The notes under the pieces were generated by a model that saw nothing but the letters and a program-made list of their open reading frames with translations, ran no database searches and was not told where the DNA came from. Positions 1 through 10,990 of a stretch of 64,000 nucleotides of DNA are shown here, in pieces. Origin of the DNA: an uncultured Chloroflexia bacterium (lineage in GTDB: Bacteria > Chloroflexota > Limnocylindria > Limnocylindrales > CSP1-4); contig CAWHXD010000006.1 of the NCBI GenBank assembly GCA_963833225.1, forward strand, positions 64,001 to 128,000. Direction: 5' to 3'. A program made the position numbers and the translations under genes. Position 1 is the stretch's first letter. Each line of letters starts with the position of its first letter.

Positions 1-1
1 G

Positions 2-1411
2 ACCAATCCCGATGCGGCCTTCCAGTTCAAGGAGTCGTTGGCCTGGATCCCGGCGTTCGGGATCAACTACGCGATGGGCGTCGATGGGCTGTCGATGGCC
101 CTGGTGGTCCTGACCACGACCCTGACCTGGATCAGCATCCTCGCCTCGTTCAGCCCCATCGGACACCGCGTGAAGGAGTACATGGTCTCCTTCCTGGTGC
201 TCGAGGTGGGCATGATCGGCGTGTTCGTCGCCCGGGACCTGTTCCTGTTCTACATCTTCTGGGAGCTGGTCCTGGTCCCGATGTACCTGATCATCGGCAT
301 CTGGGGTGGCAAGAACCGCATCTACGCCACGATCAAGTTCGTCCTGTACACCCTGGTCGGCTCGCTGCTGATGCTGGTCGCGATCCTGGCGACCGCGTTC
401 ACCTACCAGGCCGCACAGGCGGCCGCCGGCTCGGCCACGCCCTGGGCGAACGCGTTCGACGTCGCGACGCTCACCGACGCTGCCGCGGGTGGCCTGTTCG
501 GAGGCACGTTCGGCTTCCTCGCCTTCGGCGCCTTCTTCCTCGCGTTCGCGATCAAGGTCCCGATGTTCCCGTTCCACACCTGGCTCCCCGACGCCCACGT
601 CGAGGCGCCCACCGCCGGCTCGGTGATCCTGGCCGGCGTCCTGCTCAAGCTGGGCGGCTACGGGTTCATCCGGTTCGCGCTGCCGCTGTTCCCCGAGGCC
701 GCGCACACGTGGGCCCCGCTGATCATCGTCCTGAGCCTGATCGGGATCATCTACGGCGCGATCGTGGCGCTCGTCCAGCCGGATCTCAAGAAGCTGGTCG
801 CGTACTCGTCGGTCAGCCACATGGGCTTCGTGACCCTGGGCATCTTCGTGTTCCAGCAGCAGGGCATGCAGGGCGCGATCCTGCAGATGATCAGCCACGG
901 CCTCATCACGGGCGCGCTGTTCCTGCTCGTGGGCATCATCTACGAGCGGACCCACGACCGGACGATCGCCAAGATGGGCGGCCTGGGCAGCGCGACGCCC
1001 GTGTACGCCGCCGCGTTCGGGTTCTTCGTGTTCGCGTCGGTTGGCCTGCCCGGCCTGTCAGGGTTCGTGGGCGAGTTCCTGACCCTGGTCGGCACCTTCG
1101 TCGCGATCCCGGCCGCCGCCGTCGTGGCCACGTTCGTGATGATCCTTGCCGCCGGCTACCTGCTGTGGATGTTCCAGCGGGTGGCGTTTGGCGAGCTCAG
1201 CGAGTTCCTCAAGGGCCTGGGCAGCCACCTGACCGACATGAAGCCGGTCGAGGCGCTCACGCTCGTCCCGCTGGGCGCGCTGGTGGTGGTGTTCGGCCTG
1301 TGGCCGGGCCTCATCCTCGACCTGATCGCCGGCTCCGTGAGCGCGGCCCTGGCCCCCGTCCAGGCGTTCGTCCAGAATGCCGGGCCCATCGCCCTCGGCC
1401 TGTGGCGGTAG
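2..1411 (+). CDS. nuoM: NADH-quinone oxidoreductase subunit M (5'-truncated by the window edge)
   Basis: Hydrophobic ORF with FYIFWELVLVPMY, AIKVPMFPFHTWLPDAHVEAPTAGSV and LKKLVAYSSVSHMG; frame is open to the window start; followed by nuoN. Confidence 0.95.
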   Translation, partial: TNPDAAFQFKESLAWIPAFGINYAMGVDGLSMALVVLTTTLTWISILASFSPIGHRVKEYMVSFLVLEVGMIGVFVARDLFLFYIFWELVLVPMYLIIGIWGGKNRIYATIKFVLYTLVGSLLMLVAILATAFTYQAAQAAAGSATPWANAFDVATLTDAAAGGLFGGTFGFLAFGAFFLAFAIKVPMFPFHTWLPDAHVEAPTAGSVILAGVLLKLGGYGFIRFALPLFPEAAHTWAPLIIVLSLIGIIYGAIVALVQPDLKKLVAYSSVSHMGFVTLGIFVFQQQGMQGAILQMISHGLITGALFLLVGIIYERTHDRTIAKMGGLGSATPVYAAAFGFFVFASVGLPGLSGFVGEFLTLVGTFVAIPAAAVVATFVMILAAGYLLWMFQRVAFGELSEFLKGLGSHLTDMKPVEALTLVPLGALVVVFGLWPGLILDLIAGSVSAALAPVQAFVQNAGPIALGLWR

Positions 1412-1421
1412 GAGTGCACCG

Positions 1422-2927
1422 GTGACCTTCCCCGACATCGTCACGATCGCGCCGTTCATCGCCGCGATCCTGCTCGCGATCGCGATCCTGGTCGTCGACT
1501 TCGTGTTCCCCGGCAGCAAGTGGCCGGCCCTGGTCACGACGTTCGCGGGCCTCGCCGTGGTCGCGGTGCTGGTGGTCATCACGGGCCAGACGGTCTCCGG
1601 GGCCTTCCCCGCGGGTGCCCAGGGCGCGTATGTCGTGGACCCGCTGACCACGTTCCTCCAGCTGCTGTTCATCTCGATCGTGGCGCTCACCATGGCGTTC
1701 GCGCCGGACTATCTCGAGGAGCGCGGCCTCCCGGTGCCCGAGTTCGCGGCGACGATCGTGTTCGCGATGTCGGGCGCGATGCTGCTCGCCGCCTCGGGCG
1801 ACCTGCTGGTCCTGTTCCTGGGCCTGGAGCTCATGGTCCTGCCCGGCTACGTGCTGGCCGGGTACCACAAGAGCGACGGGTACAGCACCGAGGGCGCGAT
1901 CAAGTACTTCCTGCTCGGCTCCTTCTCGAGCGCCATCTTCCTGTTCGGGCTCGCGTTCGTGTGGGGGATCACCGGCGAGACCAACATCGGGGCGGTGGGC
2001 GCGATCCTGACCCAGATCACCGCCGGCACGGCGCCGCTGTCCCCGGCGCTGGGCCTGGGGCTCGCGTTCATGACCACCGGGGTGGCGTTCAAGATCGCGG
2101 CGGTCCCGTTCCACTACTGGACACCCGACGCCTACCAGGGCTCGCCGACCCCGGTCACGGGCTACCTGTCGGTCGGCCCCAAGGTCGGGGCGTTCGCGCT
2201 GATCATCCGCCTGTTCGCCGACGGGCTCGGCAGCCTGGCCGTGGACTGGACCATCGTGATCATCGTCCTGGCCGCGCTCACGATGACCCTGGGCAACCTC
2301 GTGGCGCTGACGCAGGACAACGTGAAGCGGATGCTCGCGTACTCGTCGATCGCCCACACCGGGTACATGCTGGTCGGCTTCGCGGCATTCGGCGCCGGGC
2401 AGCTGAGCGGCATGGAGGGGCTGCTGTACTACGGCGCGGCGTACGCGTTCATGAACCTCGGCGCGTTCGGCGTCATCGCCGCGCTCCAGCGGCGGACGGG
2501 CATCACCTCCAACCTCTCGACGTTCGCCGGCCTGGTCCGGCGCGAGCCGGCGCTCACCTGGCTGATGTTCCTGTTCCTGCTGTCGCTGACCGGCATCCCG
2601 CCCACCGCCGGCTTCTTCGGCAAGCTGACCATCATCGTGGCCGCGGTCGACGCCGGCGCCCCGGTTGCCGGGGTCGCGGGCAACCCGTGGATGTACGGCC
2701 TCGCGGTGCTGATGATGCTCAACGCGGCCGTCGCGGCGTTCTACTACCTGCGGGTGGCGGTCTACATGTTCATGCGCGAGCCGGACGGCGAGCTGGAGCG
2801 GCTCCCGCACAGTCGCCTGGTGTGGACCGGTCTTGCGGTGAGCACCGTGCTCACGCTCGCGCTGGGCGCCTTCCCGGGTCTGCTGCTCGGGTTCGTGGGG
2901 ACCGCCGCGGCGGCAGTCATCCACTAG
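1422..2927 (+). CDS. nuoN: NADH-quinone oxidoreductase subunit N
   Basis: EGAIKYFLLGSFSS, FKIAAVPFHYWTPDAYQGSP and KRMLAYSSIAHTGY motifs; GTG at 1422 with AGGAG Shine-Dalgarno at 1410-1414. Confidence 0.95.
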   Translation: MTFPDIVTIAPFIAAILLAIAILVVDFVFPGSKWPALVTTFAGLAVVAVLVVITGQTVSGAFPAGAQGAYVVDPLTTFLQLLFISIVALTMAFAPDYLEERGLPVPEFAATIVFAMSGAMLLAASGDLLVLFLGLELMVLPGYVLAGYHKSDGYSTEGAIKYFLLGSFSSAIFLFGLAFVWGITGETNIGAVGAILTQITAGTAPLSPALGLGLAFMTTGVAFKIAAVPFHYWTPDAYQGSPTPVTGYLSVGPKVGAFALIIRLFADGLGSLAVDWTIVIIVLAALTMTLGNLVALTQDNVKRMLAYSSIAHTGYMLVGFAAFGAGQLSGMEGLLYYGAAYAFMNLGAFGVIAALQRRTGITSNLSTFAGLVRREPALTWLMFLFLLSLTGIPPTAGFFGKLTIIVAAVDAGAPVAGVAGNPWMYGLAVLMMLNAAVAAFYYLRVAVYMFMREPDGELERLPHSRLVWTGLAVSTVLTLALGAFPGLLLGFVGTAAAAVIH

Positions 2928-3041
2928 ACCAGCCGCGCGGCGCTGCGCGGCTGCGCGGCTGCGAGCGGCGCGCGGGGTGGGTGCCTGCGGCACGCCGGGA
3001 GCGACTCGAGCGGCTCACCCGGTTCGCCTGGCCCCGCGTTT

Positions 3042-3177
3042 GCACCAGATATCGGTCCCCACCGTTCCACCAACGGCTCCGGGGCGCTGGAGCGTCCGAA
3101 TATCGATCAGGAGTGATGCAGCTGGCGCCACGGACGGTTTGGCCGCCGCAATGCCGGTCACCATCAATATCTGGTGC
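3042..3177. repeat. Intergenic element bounded by perfect 11-bp inverted repeats (REP/MITE-like)
   Basis: GCACCAGATAT (3042-3052) and ATATCTGGTGC (3167-3177); arms extend imperfectly to ~15 bp; lies between convergent genes. Confidence 0.5.
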
Positions 3178-3229
3178 CGGAGGCCGTGACGCCGACGTCG
3201 TCGCGCGGGCCCGGGCACGTCGCGGCATC

Positions 3230-3904
3230 CTACGGCGTGACCGTCACCCCCGGCAGGATCGTCTGCAGGCCCGCCGCCATCACGTCGGGGCCGATCCCGC
3301 CCAGCGCCCCGTCACGCACGATCCCGGTCTCGTCGATCCAGAAGTGGACCGGAAGCGCGACCGCGCCCCACTCGGCCTGGGCGGTGCCACCAGCATCGAG
3401 CCCGACCGGGAAGTCGATGCCCAGGTCGGCGAAGAACGCCTGGACGGTGGGCTCATCCTCCCGGACGTCCACCGCGATGACCACCAGCCCGGTGTCGACG
3501 TAGCGCGCCTGGAACCCGGCCATCAGCGGAAGCTCGTCCTGGCACGGCGGGCACCACGTCGCCATGAAGTTGACCCACACGGGCCGGCCGCGATAGTCGG
3601 CGAGGCTGACGGGCTCGCCGCCGACACCAGGCAGCTCCAGGGCGGGCGCGGGCTCTCCGACGCCGAACGCGTCCGCCAGCGAGGATGAGGATGGGGCGGG
3701 CGATCCGTCCGACGCCGCGGGGCGTTCGGAAGCCGTGCCGGAGGGCGCGACGGAAGCCGTGGACGCCGGCACGCTCGGGGATGGGGACGCCACGAGAACC
3801 GGGGCTGGTGGTCCCGGCGTGAGCGCGAGGAGGGCACCAACGGCCAGCCCGCCGGCAAGCACGCCCGATGCGAGCCCCAGTCCGATCGCCATCTTCCCAC
3901 CCAT
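3230..3904 (-). CDS. Membrane-anchored TlpA/ResA-family thiol-disulfide oxidoreductase
   Basis: N-terminal TM, Pro/Ser linker, VNFMATWCPPCQDELP and ALPVHFWID; ATG at 3904 preceded by TACGCT. Confidence 0.9.
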   Translation of the reverse strand: MGGKMAIGLGLASGVLAGGLAVGALLALTPGPPAPVLVASPSPSVPASTASVAPSGTASERPAASDGSPAPSSSSLADAFGVGEPAPALELPGVGGEPVSLADYRGRPVWVNFMATWCPPCQDELPLMAGFQARYVDTGLVVIAVDVREDEPTVQAFFADLGIDFPVGLDAGGTAQAEWGAVALPVHFWIDETGIVRDGALGGIGPDVMAAGLQTILPGVTVTP

Positions 3905-3972
3905 ACGGCCGAGCGTACCAGCACGAACGGGGGACAGCAGCCTTGGTTGGGCTCCACTAGGATGCACCGGCC

Positions 3973-4776
3973 ATGATCTCGACCCTCGATGCCATTCGCA
4001 GGCGCGTCTTCCCGGCGCTGCTCACCGCCGCCGGGGTGGTGCTGATCACGGCTGGCCTGCTGTCGTACGCGAACCCCACCGAGGCCGGCCTGCAGCCGAT
4101 CGAGAGCGAGGTCATCGGGACGCTCGATCCGTCGACGCCGTCCGCGACCCTCGCGCCGGCCACCACCCCAGGCGCCGGATCCGCGTCGCCGTCGTCGTCC
4201 CCGACCGAGACTCCCGGCGTGTCGCCGGACGGAACCGCGCCGGCGTCGATCATCCCGGATCCGACGGCGAAGCCGGGGCGCGCGGTCGCCACACGGGTCG
4301 TCGTCCCGGCGCTCAACATCGACCTCCCGGTCGTCAAGGGCAACAACGGCTACCCGTACTGCAACGTGGCGATGTACCTCCATTCGGGCACCGGCAACAA
4401 TGCCGCAAAGGACGGATTCGGGCAGCCCGGCGAGGGCCGGGCCACGTACCTCTACGCCCACGCGCGAGATGGGATGTTCGGTCCGATCTACGAGCTGGCG
4501 ATCGTCCGGAAGAACGCCAGGAAGATGCTGGGGATGGTCGTCCAGGTCTACACGAGCGACTTCAAGCTCTACCTCTACGAGATCCGCGAGTACCGGCTGC
4601 ACGTGACCAACCTCGATGGCCCGCTTGGCGCCACCGAAGAGGAGCTGTGGCTCCAGACGTCGGAAGGCCCCAAGGGAACGCCTGGCAAGACCCAGCTGAT
4701 CGCGTACCCCATCTCCGTGTCCGACGCGGACCCCAAGGACGCCGTCCCGAAGGCAAAGCCCGTCAACTGCGGGTAG
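3973..4776 (+). CDS. Sortase-like membrane protein with catalytic Cys apparently replaced by Ser
   Basis: N-terminal TM, Pro/Thr linker, RVVVPALNIDLPVV, PGEGRATYLYAHAR (His motif), LWLQTS in place of TLxTC. Confidence 0.65.
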   Translation: MISTLDAIRRRVFPALLTAAGVVLITAGLLSYANPTEAGLQPIESEVIGTLDPSTPSATLAPATTPGAGSASPSSSPTETPGVSPDGTAPASIIPDPTAKPGRAVATRVVVPALNIDLPVVKGNNGYPYCNVAMYLHSGTGNNAAKDGFGQPGEGRATYLYAHARDGMFGPIYELAIVRKNARKMLGMVVQVYTSDFKLYLYEIREYRLHVTNLDGPLGATEEELWLQTSEGPKGTPGKTQLIAYPISVSDADPKDAVPKAKPVNCG

Positions 4777-4809
4777 GCGTGCGCGCGTCCCGTCCGCGCG
4801 GCCGGCCCG

Positions 4810-5838
4810 TCAGATCCAGTCGATGCGGCGGAGGACCAGCGCCGTGATCGCCGCCCCCATCAGGACGAACCCGGTGACGACCCAGAACCCGCTGGCCTCG
4901 CCGCCGGCCAACGCGACCCCCGCCTCGCTCATCCCGAAGATGCCGGCCACCGCTGCGATCCCGGCCAGGATCACGGTGACGCCGGTCAGCCGCTTCATGA
5001 TCGTCGACAGGTTGTTGTTGATCGTCGAGAGGTACACCTCGAGCGTGCCGGCCACGAGCTCGCGGTCGTTGTCGAGCTCGTCCGTGACCCGGATCAGGTG
5101 GTCGTACACGTCGCGGAAGTACACGACGTGCTCCGGAGCCACGAGGGCGAGATCACGGTTTGTGAGCTGGTTGAAGATCTCCCGGGCCGGCGACATCGCC
5201 CGCCGCAGGGCGATGAGCTGGCGCTTGAGCGCGAACAATCGTTCCAGGGTCTCGCTGTCCGGCTTCGCGATGACATCGTCCTGGAGCGCGTCGATCTCGT
5301 CCTCGATGGCGTCGAGGACCGGGAAGTAGCCATCCACGATGCCGTCGGTGAGCGCGTAGAGCAGGAAGTCGGGGCCGCGCCGGAGCACCGCACCGACGTC
5401 CCCGCGGAGCTGGGGCAGCGCGAACGGGTCCCAGCCCGGCTCGTGGACCGTGAGCAGCGAGCGGTGGTCAAGCACGAGGTCGATCTCGACCTCGCGGATC
5501 TCACGCTCGTAGGTGATCGCGAACAGCACGATGTGGACGGATCCCTCGATCTCCTCCACCTTCGCCCGCTGGTTCTTCTCGGCGATGTCCTCCGCGATCA
5601 GCGGGTGGAGCGTGAGCAGGTCGGCGACGTCGCCGACCTGGATGTGGGACGGCGCGGTCACGTCCACCCACAGGCGGGCGTCGGGATCATCGAGCGCCGT
5701 CGCCAGGTCGTCGCGGGAGGCGATGGACCGCGAGCCGTCACCGGTCCACGCGACACCGCGGATCCGCGGCCAGCCGTCGTCAGGCACCGATGACGTCGTT
5801 GGTCGGGGTGTCGCCTGGGTCGGGTTCGCCGCGTCCAT
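4810..5838 (-). CDS. corA: CorA-family Mg2+/Co2+ transporter
   Basis: LHPLIAED, QRAKVE, YFRDVYDHL, MKRLT and GIFGMS (GMN-like motif) with two C-terminal TMs. Confidence 0.9.
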   Translation of the reverse strand: MDAANPTQATPRPTTSSVPDDGWPRIRGVAWTGDGSRSIASRDDLATALDDPDARLWVDVTAPSHIQVGDVADLLTLHPLIAEDIAEKNQRAKVEEIEGSVHIVLFAITYEREIREVEIDLVLDHRSLLTVHEPGWDPFALPQLRGDVGAVLRRGPDFLLYALTDGIVDGYFPVLDAIEDEIDALQDDVIAKPDSETLERLFALKRQLIALRRAMSPAREIFNQLTNRDLALVAPEHVVYFRDVYDHLIRVTDELDNDRELVAGTLEVYLSTINNNLSTIMKRLTGVTVILAGIAAVAGIFGMSEAGVALAGGEASGFWVVTGFVLMGAAITALVLRRIDWI

Positions 5839-7423
5839 CGGCGGCGAGTCTACGCCGACGGCGGTCGAGGAGGAGCGACGGCGGGACGGCGACCGCGGTC
5901 ACCACGCCCGCGACAAGGAAGATGCCGACCATGATCCGCGCCGCCTCCCCGGCGGCCCACTGCTCCAGGGCCTCCACCACGAGGCCGTCGCGCAGCGGCC
6001 GGTCCCGCAATGACTCGGGGATGTACTCGAGATAGGCGTCGGGCGTGGCGTACACCTGGTCGTACAGGCGGTCGATGGTCGTTGAGCCGTACGCGGTCAG
6101 GATGGCGAGCCCAACCGACATCCCGACCATGCGGGCGACGACCACCGTCGACGACGCCGTGCCGTATGCCTCGATCGCGACGGCCTCGACCGCCGCCGTG
6201 GACCTGGGCGTCACCGTGAGCCCAAACCCGGCACCGAACAGGGCCAGCGACGCGGCCGCGCTCTCGATGGTCGTGGTCGGCGTCCAGCCCGCCATCAGGA
6301 CCAGGCCGGCGATGCCCGCCGCCAGGCCCGCGAGGGTCACGATCCGGAGCGAGAGCACGCGCACGGCGAACCCCGACACCAGGGCCCCCAGCGCCGTGGC
6401 ACCGGCGAGCGCTCCCAACGCCAGCCGCTGATCGTCCGGACCGCCGTAGAGCACGCGGTCCACGAACACCGCGCCGCCCACGATCGCGGTGGCGAAGCCG
6501 TACCCCGTGAGCATCGAGACCACGGCGGCCGATGAGAACGGCGGCGAACGGAACAGCCGCGGGTCGAGGAACGGGTCCGGGACGCGCAGCCCGCGCAGGA
6601 TCGTCAGCGGCCCGGCCACCAGCGCCAGGCCCGCGAGGACGAGCATCACGGTCACGGGATCCACGCCCTCCGTCCCGGCCCGCGACCCGAGGAGCGTCAG
6701 CGCACCGAGCGAGCCCACGAGGAACGCGGAGAACAGGATTGCCCCGGCGAGATCCACCCGGCCCTGCCGCCGCGGCGTCTCCCAGCCGGTGCTGGCGGCC
6801 CAGGCGATGACCAGGGCCACCAGCCCCACCGGCACATTGACGTAGAAGATCCAGCGCCAGGCCGGTGCCAGCAGCGTCGCCGGCATGGCACCCGGTTCCA
6901 GGCCCAGCCGGGAGATCCCGGCCTCAGGGTGGAACGCACCGAGGATGGCGGCCCCCAGGACCGGCCCGGCGGCCATGCCCAGGAACGTCAGCGCTCCCAC
7001 CACGCCCAGGGCCCGCGGTCGCGAGGCGCCGGAGAACAGGTGGGAGGCTGCCGACGTCGCCACGGGCACCAGCGCCCCGCCGCCAACCGCCTGCACCAGG
7101 CGCGCGGCGATCAGCAGCTCGAGCGTGGGAGCCGCGCCGGCCAGCAGTGACCCCAGCGTGAACGCCACCAGCGCCCACAGGAACAGGCTCCGGGCGCCGT
7201 ACAGGTCCGCCAGCCGCCCCGCGACCGGCATGGTGACCACGTAGACCAGCAGGTACCCGTTGATGATCCAGGAGGCCTCGCGCAGGCGCGTCCAGGTCGC
7301 GAGGTCGGCGACGATGGCCGGCAGGGCCACCGCCGTGATCATCAGCTCGAGACCGGCGAGGAAGACCCCGATCCCGAGAACGGCGAGGAGAGCGAGGGCA
7401 TCACGCCGCGAGAGCCGGTCCAC
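5780..7423 (-). CDS. MFS transporter (DHA2/EmrB-like)
   Basis: Many TMs; GRLADLYGAR (motif A), ARLVQAVGGG, WRWIFYVNVPVG; 3' end overlaps the corA start. Confidence 0.9.
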   Translation of the reverse strand: MDRLSRRDALALLAVLGIGVFLAGLELMITAVALPAIVADLATWTRLREASWIINGYLLVYVVTMPVAGRLADLYGARSLFLWALVAFTLGSLLAGAAPTLELLIAARLVQAVGGGALVPVATSAASHLFSGASRPRALGVVGALTFLGMAAGPVLGAAILGAFHPEAGISRLGLEPGAMPATLLAPAWRWIFYVNVPVGLVALVIAWAASTGWETPRRQGRVDLAGAILFSAFLVGSLGALTLLGSRAGTEGVDPVTVMLVLAGLALVAGPLTILRGLRVPDPFLDPRLFRSPPFSSAAVVSMLTGYGFATAIVGGAVFVDRVLYGGPDDQRLALGALAGATALGALVSGFAVRVLSLRIVTLAGLAAGIAGLVLMAGWTPTTTIESAAASLALFGAGFGLTVTPRSTAAVEAVAIEAYGTASSTVVVARMVGMSVGLAILTAYGSTTIDRLYDQVYATPDAYLEYIPESLRDRPLRDGLVVEALEQWAAGEAARIMVGIFLVAGVVTAVAVPPSLLLDRRRRRLAADGRGEPDPGDTPTNDVIGA

Positions 7424-7583
7424 CCCGGGAGTGTAGGGGGTGGCGCCATGACGGCCTCACGGCACCGCGACGCCTACGCGCGACGCCCGCGGATCAGGTG
7501 CGAACGGTGGGCTCCGTTCGGCGGTCGTACCAGGCCGCGTAGAGCATGGGGCCGGTGAGGATGACCTGGGTTCAGCCAGGGGC

Positions 7584-7642
7584 TTGACAGGTGCCTCCCG
7601 GGTCAATAGCATCAACGCCCGTTGATATAAACCGATGTTGAT
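7584..7642 (+). promoter_or_regulatory. Sigma70-type promoter with tandem palindromic operators for the arsR-pgsA-ino1 operon
   Basis: TTGACA (7584-7589), 17 bp, TAGCAT (7607-7612); ATCAAC-N4-GTTGAT (7611-7626) and ATAAAC-N4-GTTGAT (7627-7642). Confidence 0.8.
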
Positions 7643-7685
7643 GCATCGGGACGTCAACCCCACAACCCGCAGGTCGCCCCGCCTC

Positions 7686-8048
7686 ATGTCCCCATCCCCC
7701 GCGCGGATCCGGAGCACCCTCGCAGCGGCCGTCGACCAGCCCGACGACCTCCGTGAGCTGCGCCGCTTCCACAAGGTGCTGGCGGATGTGAACCGGTTGC
7801 GGATCTGCCGCGTGCTTGTGCAGGGTCCCGCCACGGTCACCGAGCTCATCGACCGGGTCGGCCTGTCGCAACCGCTGGTCTCCTGGCACCTGTCGAAGCT
7901 GCGCGAGGTCGGGCTGGTCTCGGCGCGTCGGAATGGCCGGGAAACCGTCCACACGATCGAGCCCGGGGCGTTCGCGATGTTCGCCACCCGCCAGGCCCAG
8001 GCGCTCGGGTTCGAGTCCACCCGGGCCCCCAGGGCAGCCGACGAGTGA
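7686..8048 (+). CDS. ArsR/SmtB-family transcriptional regulator
   Basis: KVLADVNRLRI...TVTELIDRVGLSQPLVSWHLSKLREVGLVSARRNG wHTH; start could be 7635-7686. Confidence 0.88.
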   Translation: MSPSPARIRSTLAAAVDQPDDLRELRRFHKVLADVNRLRICRVLVQGPATVTELIDRVGLSQPLVSWHLSKLREVGLVSARRNGRETVHTIEPGAFAMFATRQAQALGFESTRAPRAADE

Positions 8049-8749
8049 GCGGGTCCATCGTCTCCCCGGGGCTGCGGGCCAAGGTCCGCGGCCTCGCGGA
8101 ACCCGTCGGGCTCGCGATCGCGCGGACCGGGCTATCGCCCAACGCACTCACCGTGATCGGCTTCCTGATCGCCTGCGTCGCGGCCGTCGCCGCGGCGACC
8201 GGCGCGTGGCTCCCCGCCGGGCTGCTCGTGATCTTCGGCGGGATCTTCGACATGTTCGACGGCATGGTCGCGCGGGCCACGGGCAGGGTCAGCAAGGCCG
8301 GTGCCTTCCTCGACTCGGTCTTCGACCGCTGGGGGGAAGGTGTCGTCTACGCCGGGATCATCCTGGGCTGCATGGTCGAGCACTTTGACCTCGGGATCCT
8401 GCTTGCGGCTGTCGCCATGTCGAGCGCGTTCATGGTCAGCTACACGCGGGCCCGGGCCGAGAGCCTGGGCTTCGCGCCGCCGTCGGGCATGGCGGCCGTC
8501 GGTCTCGCGCCGCGCGAGGTCCGCCTGGTGATCCTCACCCTCGGCCTCGTGCTGGCCGGCCTCGTCGGCACGACGAACCCGCTCCTCCGCCTCGAGACCT
8601 TCGACCTTCCCTTTGGCATCGCCATCGCCAAGCCCTGGGCCGGCCAGATCTGGCTGTTCTGGAGCCTGGCCGCGATCGCCATCCTCGCGACCATCACCAC
8701 CATCCAGCGCATCGTCGTCACCCTGCGGCAAGCGTCCCGACAGGGCTAG
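8045..8749 (+). CDS. pgsA: CDP-alcohol phosphatidyltransferase, probable phosphatidylinositol-phosphate synthase
   Basis: [18 protein letters not shown]...[10 protein letters not shown] signature, [12 protein letters not shown] (PIP-synthase-like); adjacent to ino1. Confidence 0.85.
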   Translation: MSGSIVSPGLRAKVRGLAEPVGLAIARTGLSPNALTVIGFLIACVAAVAAATGAWLPAGLLVIFGGIFDMFDGMVARATGRVSKAGAFLDSVFDRWGEGVVYAGIILGCMVEHFDLGILLAAVAMSSAFMVSYTRARAESLGFAPPSGMAAVGLAPREVRLVILTLGLVLAGLVGTTNPLLRLETFDLPFGIAIAKPWAGQIWLFWSLAAIAILATITTIQRIVVTLRQASRQG

Positions 8750-8768
8750 GCGACCCACGGAGATCCTC

Positions 8769-9958
<1,190 letters not shown>

Positions 9959-9962
<4 letters not shown>

Positions 9963-10990
9963 CCCAGCGCAAGGGCCTCGAGGCGCCGCACAAGCGCCTC
10001 GAGTCCACCCCACCGCGGATCGTGGAGAAGGCGGCGGTCATCGGCTACAAGTCGATGTCCGCCGTCCTCGCATTCACGCCGCCGGCGATCTCCCGCGTCG
10101 CCATCGGCGGCGGCTCGCAGCTCTCGTACCTGATCTGGCCGGCCAAGCGCCGGTTCTCCAACGTCAACTTCGGCCACGTGCTGGGCCTGCCTCCGTCCGA
10201 TCCACGGGTGACCCGCCTGGCGCTCCGTGCGTACCGGGAATACGCCCGCTACATGGTCGAGCTGATGCGGCTGCCGTCGCGCCCGCTCGAGGAGCTTGCC
10301 AACGGGCTCGAAGGCGACGGAGCCGACCGCATCGGCGCGCTCTGGCAGGATGGCGGGCACCCGGTGATCGTGGTCGCCGGCCACATCGGCAACAACGAGG
10401 CGGTGGCGGCGGCCCTCGCCCGGCGCGGCTACGCGGCCAATGTCGTCGCCGACGACTCCGCCTTCCCCGAGATCTTCGAGATCCTCCGCCAGCAGCGCGA
10501 GTCATGGGGCGTCCACGTCATCCCGTGGCGGAACCTGCGCGAGCTGTTCACGGTCCTGCGGCGCAAGGAGATCGTGGCCCTGCTCGTGGACTGGGGCTAC
10601 CGCAGCGACGGCATCCCGGTGAAGCTGTTCGACGCCTGGACGACGCTGCCGGCCGGCCCCGCCGTGCTCGCGGCCAAGACCGGCGCCCTGATCGCCCCGA
10701 TGGCGGTGCGCCGGACACCGGGCGGCAAGTTCCGCGTGGAGTCCGAGGAGGCGTTCGAGGTGCCGTCCTCCAATCCCGCCGACATCCAGCGGGCAACCCA
10801 GCGGATCGCGACCGCGCTGGAGGCAGCCATCCGCGCAGCGCCATCCCAGTGGTACAGCTTCAAGCCGGTGTGGCCGACCGATCCGGACGAGGCGGCCGAC
10901 CTGGAGGTGCGGGCCGCGGCGATGCTCGACGGCCGGCCGGACCCGGGCCCGTCGCTGGCCGCCCCCGTGGACGAGGCCGCACCGACGTGA
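9959..10990 (+). CDS. Lysophospholipid/PIM acyltransferase (PatA/LpxL family), copy 1
   Basis: GHIGNNE (HxxxxE), [27 protein letters not shown]; GTGA overlap with the ino1 stop. Confidence 0.8.

Noticed and set aside
1311-3688. Long overlapping ORFs such as 1311-2993 (-) and 1520-3688 (+), and many similar ones across the window
   Set aside because: Shadow frames of real high-GC genes; Arg/Pro/Gly-rich translations with no family motifs.
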